Source: Camelus dromedarius (Eukaryota). From it: DNA of 64,000 nucleotides. Below the pieces are notes generated by a model. The model was not told where the DNA came from and did no database searches. It was given only the letters and a program-made list of their open reading frames with translations. Location of the stretch: assembly GCF_036321535.1 (NCBI RefSeq), contig NC_087439.1, positions 13,888,001 to 13,952,000 on the forward strand, given 5' to 3'. Numbering within the stretch: the stretch's first letter is position 1; every line of letters begins with the position of its first letter. The position numbers were made by a program, and so were the translations under genes. Below are positions 1 to 9,539 of this stretch, piece after piece.

Positions 1-289
1 ATGTGACTCAAACACTCCAGTCTAGTGCTGTTTCTTGTTCATTCAGAGCACTCAACAAATAAGACAAAAAGACCAAGTAAAATGTTAATAATTTCTATAA
101 TTGCTTCATTTATGTCTAAATCATTCATGGCTGGTAGACCGAGCTCAGAAGCTGAAGTTTCTCTCTGATTTGGTCAACCCTACTGTATTCTATTTGTCCA
201 CTGTGATGGCCCTTTAAGGTCTTTCATCACAGCCTGGAGGAAACGCTCTGTAACTCGAAACAGGCTTTACTTCATTTTCTACCTGTGCC

Positions 290-415
290 ACCAACTAATC
301 TTAAGATTCTATCTCAAGCATACTCTTCCTTTGGGCCCCATCTTTTCCATCAATAATAGGAGAGGCTTATGTTAGATAGTTAATGGGGGCCTTTCCAGTG
401 TAAGCGTTCCATAAA
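290..415 (+). mobile_element. MIR SINE fragment
   Basis: Degenerate core (ccccatcttttccatcaataatagg...ggcctttccagtgtaag) resembling MIR 3' half. Confidence 0.4.
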
Positions 416-1324
416 CTTTAAATAACTTTTCAAGGAGGAAAAATCTCCACTGCTCTATATGTGAAAATGCCAAATATGATGCAATTTTCCCAAGCATATC
501 AATGCAACAGCATGTGAGTGGACTTTCTACTTGAAGCATTCACCCTGTATTTACTGTGATGTCAGCAAAACAAACTTTAAACGTATCTTCGTGTTATTCA
601 ATATAGTGTGAAATTATTTTCCTAAATCAGCTGCTTGTTCCATCTCCAGGGCTACTGCAGATTTTCAAAGGGTTACAAAACTTGAAAGAATTACCTTTGA
701 AGTTTGAGACCACTGGGGATTTCAGAACCCACGTGGTTACTTGATTAGTTGTTCAAATATTAGAGATTTTGCTAGCATTAACATTATGCTTCTGAGCACA
801 TAAATGTGTTTCTTTTCTTCCCACTCAGACTTAAATAAGCAGGACTCTTAGGTAAGATATTTTAAAGCAAAATCTCATTACATTTCTCTGCCTAGAGAAC
901 AAAGCTAGGGAATCATTGGCAAGTTACGGGGGAAAAGTTGGAAAATTACACACATTTTAGGAAGATCGTATTCTTTTAAAGAGGGCCATTTAAAAACATG
1001 GAGTGACTATTTTCAGGAAGACAATTCAATGGAAAATTATCCTTTGCCCCCATTTCTCTGTTATATCTCCTGCAAAAGATCTAATTCTTGGTACCAGTAT
1101 ATTTAGTCATTTTGTGGTGTTGCTAATCACCTTAAAATGTTAAATGCTTCCAGGGAACAACAAGAGACCCAGAATGAGTTCATTTCTGCACAAATGGAGT
1201 CAACCTCAGCTTTATTCTCAAGTGAATTTGTTGAGCTGATCACATCTCTTTCTAAATTGCAACAAAATGATAATTGGAGTTAAAAGATCTATTTTCTGGT
1301 AAAAGTGAAATTGAAATTACATAC

Positions 1325-1422
1325 CTTGACTTAAAGCTATCAGGTGGCATGAGTTCCAAAGTATGAGTTGGTCCATATAGGTTTACAACATATAATTTGA
1401 TTGTTGGGTTCACTTGACCTGC
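1325..1422 (-). CDS. DPP10: DPP10 coding exon (~exon 10), 98 nt, AGQVNPTIKLYVVNLYGPTHTLELMPPDSFKS(R)
   Basis: Manual translation matches recalled DPP10 peptide; acceptor ...ttttctcaaag|GCA, donor AAG|gtatgt; starts in phase 0 matching the preceding exon. Not in ORF track. Confidence 0.97.
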
Positions 1423-1795
1423 CTTTGAGAAAATGAAAGTCGTAACGCAAATACATTAAGCATTAGAATATATTGAGAAAGAATGAAAACACATTTTGAT
1501 TCTTTTACAATTTTGTGTTAGAATGGGGAAAAGGTTTAATTTCTCTGAAGTAGAAATGATTTTAAATTCAACAACTTGATTGCTTTCAATTGTTTTTGTA
1601 GATTGCTGCTTCTCACATTTTAGGCAGACAATTAAAGGTGACAGAAAATCATGACGCTTTGTTCATTAGGCAGTGCTGCTGAGTTCTTTCCCTAGAATGA
1701 CACCCAAAGAGCTGGCTTCACAAAACAACCAGTAGATCAAGCAGCTACTCACACTATAGGATATGAAATGCAATGGGGAGAAAGCATGGCTAATT

Positions 1796-1865
1796 AAAAA
1801 AAGGAAAAGAAGAGGAAGAAGAAGAGGAAGATGAAGAGGAAAGAAGAAGAAAAAGAAAAAGAAAA
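1796..1865. repeat. GA-rich low-complexity tract
   Basis: About 70 nt almost purely A/G with repeated gaagaggaa units. Confidence 0.85.
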
Positions 1866-2109
1866 TCTACCCAATCCAGATGCCACATGCTTAAAATTCC
1901 ACAACAGCTAATCTATTCAATGCATTAATCATCATAAGTTTTATTTTAAATTTTAACGAAATGCTAGATGAGGTGTAAATGAGTTTTGGGATGTGCGCCA
2001 TGGAGTAGATTGCCCTCACTATGTACCTGGCAGGAAGAGTAGAAACAGAGTGGTTAAAAAAATGTAATCTGAGTTTATTAAGTCAACTTTTATGCAATAA
2101 TAACTAGGC

Positions 2110-2300
2110 TGTATAGTAGTTAGCATGTTCCAGGCTCACAGCATGTGTTAAAGCATCACGTGAATTATCTTATTACAGGTTCCTACTGTAGTCTTAAGAT
2201 GTATTTATACTATTTTCCAGATGAAAATGGAGAAGCTAAGCAAACTGTGCAAGGTCAAATATCCAGTCACTGAGGGAAGCAGCATTGAGCCCAGGATCTC
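2110..2300 (-). mobile_element. MIR SINE
   Basis: attttccagatgaaaatggag...tgtgcaaggtcaaa...tgagcccagg matches the reverse MIR core. Confidence 0.65.
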
Positions 2301-2789
2301 TTAACTGCTGTAGTGTTGCTTCAGTTCATTCACAGGTAATGGCCTTCAGAGTTTTTCTAAATATACTATGAACTCTTACAAGGAAGAAATGGGAACTTAC
2401 ACCAACATATCTCGTGCATGTTGAATGAATGAATGAAAGAATGTTTATGTGAATAAATGATTAACAGAATCAATGGACTGTTTGCGGCTCCATGTGTTTC
2501 TGAGTGATACACCGATATCACCATGGTACAAGGGGTATGCTAAGAGGAGACCATGTGAGATACACAGAGAAGGACTAGGAAATTAAGACTGAGTTGACTT
2601 AGAAGGCCTGGCAAAAATCTAAAGAGAATGATAAAACGGATTTAAAGATAACAAAGAAAGATTCCCGTTCAAGGAACTGGTACCAACAAAACCCAGAGTT
2701 AAATCAGGACCAGATACAACATAATGCATTCCACCAATAATCAGTAATAGCGCCTCAAGAATGTTTTGTTAGGTTATTAAGAGTAACTA

Positions 2790-3115
2790 GAATGGAGGGG
2801 AGGGAAGAGGAATGAATAGATGAAGTAACAGAGGATTTGTAGAGCAGTGAAAAGTACTCTGTATGATACCATAATGATGGAGAAATGTCATTCTACATTT
2901 GTCCAAACTGATAGTATGTACAATGCCGAGACTGACCCGTAATGTAAACTCCAGATTTGGGGTGATTACGATGTGTCAATGGAGCTTCATCAATTGCACC
3001 AAATGCACAGCATGTGGTGGGAGATGTTGAGTGGGAGCAGAGGGTAGGTACTCCCCTTCAGTTCTTCTGTGAACCTTAAATTGCTCTTAAGAAATAAAGT
3101 CTTAATTTAAAAAAT
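2790..3115 (+). mobile_element. Old L1 (L1MB-type) 3' UTR
   Basis: gcagtgaaaagtactctgtatgataccataatgatgg...gtgaaccttaaattgctc...aataaagtc resembles L1MB 3' end. Confidence 0.8.
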
Positions 3116-3614
3116 GACTAGCACATCTGTGGGAGTGCATCACACACAGGTCAGAAGTTTGATCCAAAGTCAGGAGTCTGGAAAGGCTTTCACTATAGAA
3201 ATGCAGTGACTATAAAAAGCGATTATGGAAATGGTTCCTATGATAAAGGGCTTCCTGGAAGATAAGCTATGAGCCTGTCTCAGAAAGAAGGCTCTGGTGT
3301 CAAATTCTGTAAAGCTGCTTCTTGCTCTAAAACCCTCCAGTGCCTGGGCACGTACGTCTTGGGCAATTTCGTCTTCTACCCCACTTAGGAGCTCCCTTTT
3401 ACACCACTTTTGTTTTAATTAAATTGCTTGCTTCCTTCCTGAAAATATTGGTCTTTCCCTGTTTTTTCTTGTTTGTTTGTTTTTGGTTTTTGGTTTTTTT
3501 AGCTCGTATGGTAAATTTTCTCTAGCTAGTATGGTAGGATTTAGAGCCGGGACAGAGTATTTGTTGGTGTCATTCAAAGTGCTGTTCTTTATCCAATAGC
3601 ATCGATTAGAACCT

Positions 3615-3725
3615 TAGAGACACAAATTCACGGGCCCCAACCAGACCAGTACTCAGACCCAGAATCGGAATTTCCAGGTGTGGACCTAAGGATCTGTGTT
3701 TTACAAGATTTCCAGATAATTATAA
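3615..3725 (+). mobile_element. MER5-type hAT-Charlie fragment
   Basis: aaattcacgggccccaaccagacc...atctgtgttttacaagatttccag resembles MER5 core. Confidence 0.6.
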
Positions 3726-3814
3726 TTAGTATGTGAATTTTGATAAAACACTGATAATCATGTATATATTTCTATGCCAGTGTTAACTGGTCAGCAGTTA
3801 CCAAGGATGAACTT

Positions 3815-3980
3815 GCAAGAAAGTCATCCAGGGGGTCTGGAAGGCTTATTAACCCACTGCCTACTGAGGCCCGCCTCCCACGTTTCCGATGCCTGGATGG
3901 GACATGAGAACTTGCACTTCTCATCCTTTCCCAGGTGGGGCTGACACTGGTAGTCCAAGGGCACCATTCCGAGAACTGGT
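3815..3980 (-). mobile_element. MER5A-type hAT-Charlie element
   Basis: gagaacttgcacttctc...ttcccaggtggggctgac...gcaccattccgagaactgg is the reverse of MER5A. Confidence 0.65.
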
Positions 3981-6900
3981 TCAGTTTAATCTATGAATCA
4001 GAGAAGTCAGGGTTCACATTGTGACTGTTATTTACTGGATATGGACCATGGACAGGATGTTAAAGATCCTCAAGTATTATTTTATTTGATTATCAAAAAT
4101 GAGACATTTCTCTGAGAATATGTCACAGTCGGAAGTTTTGAGCCAAAGCAGGTTTTCATCCTGTGGATAATACTAGCTCATCGTTTTGTTATATGGATAA
4201 ACAAAAAAAGATGATATAATTTGTGAGTGCCCAAGTAGTGTATTAATTGATAGTATGTAATTAATTAAATAATCATTAACTCATGAATTAAAAATAATCA
4301 TTATAATTAAGGCACTGATTTTTCTAGTTAGTGAAAACCTGTGTTTATCTTTTTTATCTTTCAATAAACTGATTAAAGACAAAGATAAACCAAGTTTGAT
4401 CAATTTTTTTGTGAGTTCTTATCAACGATGCGTAATTTTATGGCATAGTTTGTCACAGATATAGACGGTTATTAGCATATATGGAGGCAGCTTTTTTCAG
4501 GTCTGTAGGACTGTAAGCTTATTCCTGCACAGGATCACTGATACCCCAATTAGCTTCTACGTGAAAACAAGGTAAGGGTTGCAAACACATGTGGCCAGTT
4601 TTAGACAAAAACCAAACTTTAAGCTGTTTCCAAAATTCATCTGTCTAGCATTCTATAATCTCAATTTGATTTCTGTCTTTCCATAGAGCTTTGAAATTAA
4701 GTGCACACTGCAAGCAAATTCATTTGTACCTTTTTCATATTTTATTGTTTCAATAAACAATTTGCAGATTAGAGGAGTTCATCTGTTTGTTTTTCTATAT
4801 TCACATTTGCTACAAAGACTGTAAATCCACAGAATCTTTCCTCTATGATTCTGAAACACAAGCCTCAATAATAATTAACCTTATTTTATGGGCAACCAAA
4901 TTGTTATTAAACGAGATAATGTTTTAATTAAGAAGATTAACCTGAGGTTGCTGAGATAGAACTGTGCATCTTTTTTTGTGCTGAATTGCTAATGAGAGGG
5001 TATTTTATGAGTTCTAAATCATGCTGAATTAAGTAAAACACAAATATATTTATTTAGTGTAAGTATTTCATTAGTAACTCTGACCACACTGGGTATTTTC
5101 TGCACTCTTTTTAATCTAGTTTAATTTGAAGCACAATTTAGTGTGAGCTCTGTTCATTACTTCAGTGTCTAATGTACCACTTTTTGAAAGTTTACTGCAT
5201 AAGTAAAAGCAAATCAAAGTAACGTATCTGTTACGGGAAAAAAAGAACATTTTTTTTAAAACCAGAATAGAAAATAATGAGGCTTTGAAACTTCAAGTAA
5301 CATGCCCAAAATGATACTGAAATTTATTCTGAGAACAAGGACCAAAATCCAGATGGAGTTTCTTTGAGTCCTGTTGTCCCTAAGTACCTGGGCAGGTATT
5401 TCTAGGGACAACCACCCAAAGACGAGATTCTTTCTCTTGGCTTTGGCCACTAGAATATTGATCTTTTCTTGAAATACTCCCTCAAGGGTAATCACTAATA
5501 CACACTCAGGACCTTCATCATGTATTACATGCATCATGCATTACACACGTCATTTATTACATATGTCCATGCAGTATGTGGGAGGCTATCTAAGAAAGCC
5601 ACTCAGACAGAGCTAAGTCATTAGCAGTTAATGGAGCAAACCACATATATTTGTTAACTTGACAAGGAGATATTTTGATTCCAGCTCTATCTTCTCAGAT
5701 ACTAACTTCTGGTAGTTTTAGAGAGAAAGACACAATCAATAAATTTGAGGTATTTCTCTGTTCTCAAAATAACCATGACTTTTATAAAAAGATTTATTAG
5801 CCTTTTACAAGCTCAGTTTGCCCATCTGTATAATAGATGTAGCCGTGAAGCCAGCCGAATGAGAAGAAATAGTTAAGTCTCTCTGAAAATATATAGCATA
5901 TTATTAGCACACGATTTACAAAATTAATAAACAAACATTGTTACTATTTTATGCCTCACTTTACTATTAATAAATATTAACTAATTAAATAATAACAAAA
6001 TGTCTAGGTTTGCCAACCCAGTATCTTCTGATTTACTGCTTACGTATTTAGATTTTTTCAGGTGTTTCTATATGTCCATTTGTTTGCCTCCATTGTGATA
6101 AAATTATGAGGCCTCCAAGTGTCCGAGTTCAAGCATTGTAACTGGGAAGGCAGCTTGAAGATGCAGCTACTACATATGGCTCTTACACGTGAACCCTAAA
6201 ATCCCCACACCTCTTGGGGAATGAATTCCAGAAAGTGGCCTCTCTCCTGGGGCTGATTTTATTCCCTTCACGCAGTGCACAGACTGAACAGTTCTGGGTG
6301 ACGGTCTTGCCTATTGACATATACAATACAAATGTCTTGGGAAATATAATTATTTTGTTGTTAGGTCAAATTGCCTTTTTTTTTTCCTGAGGAGCGCTGA
6401 GTATTTGCGCATTCAGATCTATGCTCAGAGCAGACTCTAAAAATATTTCAAAGTCATGCAATCAGATTCCTCTCAAACCCACTGTCTTCCTTAGCTGTCA
6501 GTCATTTTGATATGACAGCCTATTGGAAGGAAGACAGGATGGGGAGGGAGACAGCACAGAATCTCACTAGGGAGACAGTCATATTCCTGACTCTTCATAC
6601 TCACTCCTTTCCTTCCCTCTCTCCCCACTTTGGATAATTTGAGTCTTGTGGATGATAGGAAAATAAAGAAAGTCATCTCCCCTCTGACCACACCTTCATT
6701 GCACGAGTAGAAAAATACATGTGGTGGGTAATTTTTCCAGTGCCTTGCCCAGTTCATGTAAAGCACAAACTTAAAGGTATAAAACCATCATACTTGGGAA
6801 ACACAGCATACAACTCCCTAAAGAAATGGCTTCAAAATTGCTTCTAAATGAAATCAGCAGACATCTCTTACCTCATTAAGAGCTAAAACGTGTAAAATGA

Positions 6901-7035
6901 AATTTAGGAAGTTTTCTATAAGACATCTCTACATGATTAAAGCTAAGGGGGGGCTTTACTTTTTCTTTGTTATGTAAACATGGCGAAAATAAACTCTAAA
7001 ACAAGAGACCTTAAGTAATTAAAAACGGCATGTAA

Positions 7036-7102
7036 CAGTACACCAGAAATTAACACAACATTGTAAATTGACTATATTTCAATGTAAAAAAAAAAAAAAA
7101 AA
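7036..7102 (+). mobile_element. Extremely 5'-truncated L1 3' tail with poly(A)
   Basis: acaccagaaattaacacaacattgtaaattgactatatttcaat + A17; flanked by imperfect TSD aaaaacggcatgtaa / aaaaaaggcatataa. Confidence 0.75.
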
Positions 7103-7328
7103 GGCATATAATAGAAAAACCAATACATTCCAGTTGCTTTTGCAGCCTGCTTCCAGAGGTCTCACACAACGCTTAGAAATAGTCTTGCTATCCGGGCAGG
7201 ATTTCCAGATTTGCTTCACTCAATAAAACAATTCCATCTATTCTAGCTGCGCCTGGCTATGGCTCTGCCCCAGGATTTTATAAAGTATGTTCCAGAGTAT
7301 GCGCTGCCAAAATAATACGGATGTTAAT

Positions 7329-7710
7329 AGAAGTAAGCCAGAAAGAGAAAGAAAAATACCATATGAGATCGCTCATATGTGGAATCTAAAAAACAAAAAC
7401 AAAAACAAACAAACAAACAAAAACAAAGCGTAAATAAAGAACAGAAATAGACTCACAGACAGAGAATACAGACTTGTGGTTACCAGGGGGGTGGAGGGTG
7501 GGAAGGGATAGACTGGGATTTCAAAATCGTAGAATAGACTACACTGTATAGCACAGGGAAATATACACAAAATGTTATGATAACTCACAGAGAAAAAAAT
7601 GTGACAATGAGTGTGTATATGTCCATGAATAACTGAAAAATTGTGCTGAACACTGGAATTTGACACAACATTGTAAAATGATTATAAATCAATAAAAAAT
7701 GTTAAAAAAA
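7329..7710 (+). mobile_element. Young camelid-type L1 3' UTR, 5'-truncated
   Basis: gaaaaataccatatg...ggaatctaaaaaac...actgtatagcacagggaa...tgacacaacattgtaaaatg...aataaa + A tail; last ~200 nt closely resemble the copy at 46975-47176. Confidence 0.9.
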
Positions 7711-7723
7711 TTAATACTAATAA

Positions 7724-7854
7724 ATTCTTTACGCTTAGTCTGTTCTTTACTGGTGATTCTTTATGTTTAGTATATTTTTTATTGAGATTCTTTGTGCTTA
7801 GTCTATTCCTTACTGGGGATTCTTTATGCTCAGTCTACTTTTTATAGGAGATTT
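7724..7854. repeat. Minisatellite, 4 units of 31-32 bp in A-B-A-B arrangement
   Basis: Units start attcttt at 7724, 7756, 7787, 7819. Confidence 0.9.
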
Positions 7855-8325
7855 ATAATACACATTAACATATAGTATATTAAGTGCTCTAAGAAATCAT
7901 CTGGAAAAAAGCTAGATTATTTTTTAACTGTGAATTCCCAACTTATTTGACTGTGGCACTTTTTGCTTCTTAATAATATCTATTAACCACTCTCAGAATA
8001 TACGCTGGATAAACCTTTGCCCTGGCGGCAGCGCTGCCTCTGATGTTTTCTCATCCTCTTTTCAACTGGGAAGGTGAGGGGTAAAGAATGAGAGCGTCAA
8101 AAGGAGAGAAATGCAGCAAAATTCCTGCACCCCTGAATCATCTTTACCTCTTCCTACACAAACACTGTGTGCAGACGACTCAGGCTCTAAAATGATGTGT
8201 CTGTCGACAAGGAAGGAGGCTTATTTTATTTTCCAAAGACAACTTGTTCATGAACAGAGAATACCATCAGTCAAGTCACTGGTGCAGAGAGAAAGGGAAG
8301 AAACTAGCACTCCCACATTACTTAC

Positions 8326-8480
8326 CTTAGGATATGGGTACTGCTTTCCTTTGGGATACAAAGCTCCAGTGAACTGGGGGATAACCATGTTAGGCACCAA
8401 GGAATCGTTAATCATCAGGAAGGCAAGCCTTTCTCCATCTGGTGACCACCAGTGGGCGATGTGAGAATGCAGAAGTTCCT
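8326..8480 (-). CDS. DPP10: DPP10 coding exon (~exon 9), 155 nt, (E)ELLHSHIAHWWSPDGERLAFLMINDSLVPNMVIPQFTGALYPKGKQYPYPK
   Basis: DPP4-family WWSPDG and YPYPK motifs; acceptor tttattctag|AG, donor AAG|gtaagt; phase fits both neighbours. Confidence 0.98.
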
Positions 8481-8940
8481 CTAGAATAAATGAGCGTTAT
8501 TTGAAACCAGCTGTAGAGATGTGGGCTCAGTGACCCACGAACATCTGTCCTGGAAATCTCCGTTGTACACAAATACTTTCTATGCAGTGCGTTGGATTTT
8601 ATCAACTTCATGGAGAATGCTTTATGTCTGAGTTTACCCTTTGAATCCCAGGAAAAGCAGATGCCAAGGAAGGAAGGAGGAAAGCAGTGAAGTCAGGATT
8701 TCATGGATTGTCAGCAATGTGAACAGAGAATATGAATGCACTATTGGAGTAAAAAGAATGATGACAGTAACTGAAGACTGAAATACGGCATAAAACCATA
8801 TTCATGTCACCATTCATTCATATTTGCATTCAATCATATTTCCATCCTCTTATCATCAAACAAGTTCCAAACCCACTAGATTTGTTAAACTATTTTAAGC
8901 TCTAAGGAAATAAAATAAGAAATATACTGGGTAGCTTTCA

Positions 8941-9377
8941 TGTGACCTTAGATCCACTGGCCACTTTTCTATACCTGATTTCTGGCCCGGGAAATTAACC
9001 TACATGAACCCATCAAAAGGGCTCCCATCCCCTCTAAAGCATGACCATTATGGTCCTTTGGCAAGAGAAGAGGAGGAAGAGAGTGAAGTCAGAGTATGTA
9101 TTCCTCTGGCTTTGTCCTGAAACGTTACCTGAGCTTACTGGGTGTTTTAAATGATGTCACTCCTCCCGTCAATGCCACCTCATCTATGCTTTGGTATCTG
9201 GTAACGGCTCATCTCTATGGTCACAGGGGTGGCCACAGCTTGGCTGCTACTAGTCTAGATTATAGTTCTGTTATTTATGAATTCCCTACACCTTCACTTT
9301 TGTAAACAACATTTTTGTAAATAAATCCTCTTCAAATTATTGAAGATGACAACTCTTTCAAGACTCTGACTGATAGA
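8941..9377 (+). mobile_element. ERVL 5' LTR (LTR33-like)
   Basis: Starts TG; gaggaagagagtgaagtcagagtatgtattcctctggc and ttccctacacc...aataaatcctcttcaaatt...ctgactgataga resemble recalled LTR33; AATAAA at 9320. Confidence 0.75.
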
Positions 9378-9382
9378 GTGAT

Positions 9383-9397
9383 TAATACCAGGAGTAG
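9383..9397 (+). other. Degenerate tRNA-Leu primer-binding site
   Basis: TAATACCAGGAGTAG vs ERVL-type TGGTACCAGGAGTGG (12/15), 5 nt after LTR end. Confidence 0.65.
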
Positions 9398-9539
9398 ACT
9401 CAGAGAAGAGACTTTCAAAATTACATTTTGAGTTAGGTTGGAAATACCTATATATATATATATCTATAATTATATTTATATCTACATCTTTAATCTATAG
9501 CTATTTATATCTGTATCTTTACTGTAATAATAACCTTTC

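Noticed and set aside
3615-3980. Oppositely oriented MER5 pair as a dsRNA/ADAR substrate
   Set aside because: Both copies are too diverged for long continuous pairing.
7724-7854. CRISPR-like appearance of ~32-bp periodicity
   Set aside because: Units are head to tail with no unique spacers, in a mammalian intron with no cas genes.
8027-8038. Perfect 12-bp palindrome ggcagcgctgcc, possible CTCF/REST half-site
   Set aside because: Poor fit to full CTCF or RE1 consensus; such palindromes arise by chance.
8111-8464. 117-aa plus-strand ORF
   Set aside because: Largely the antisense shadow of DPP10 exon 9; no independent homology.
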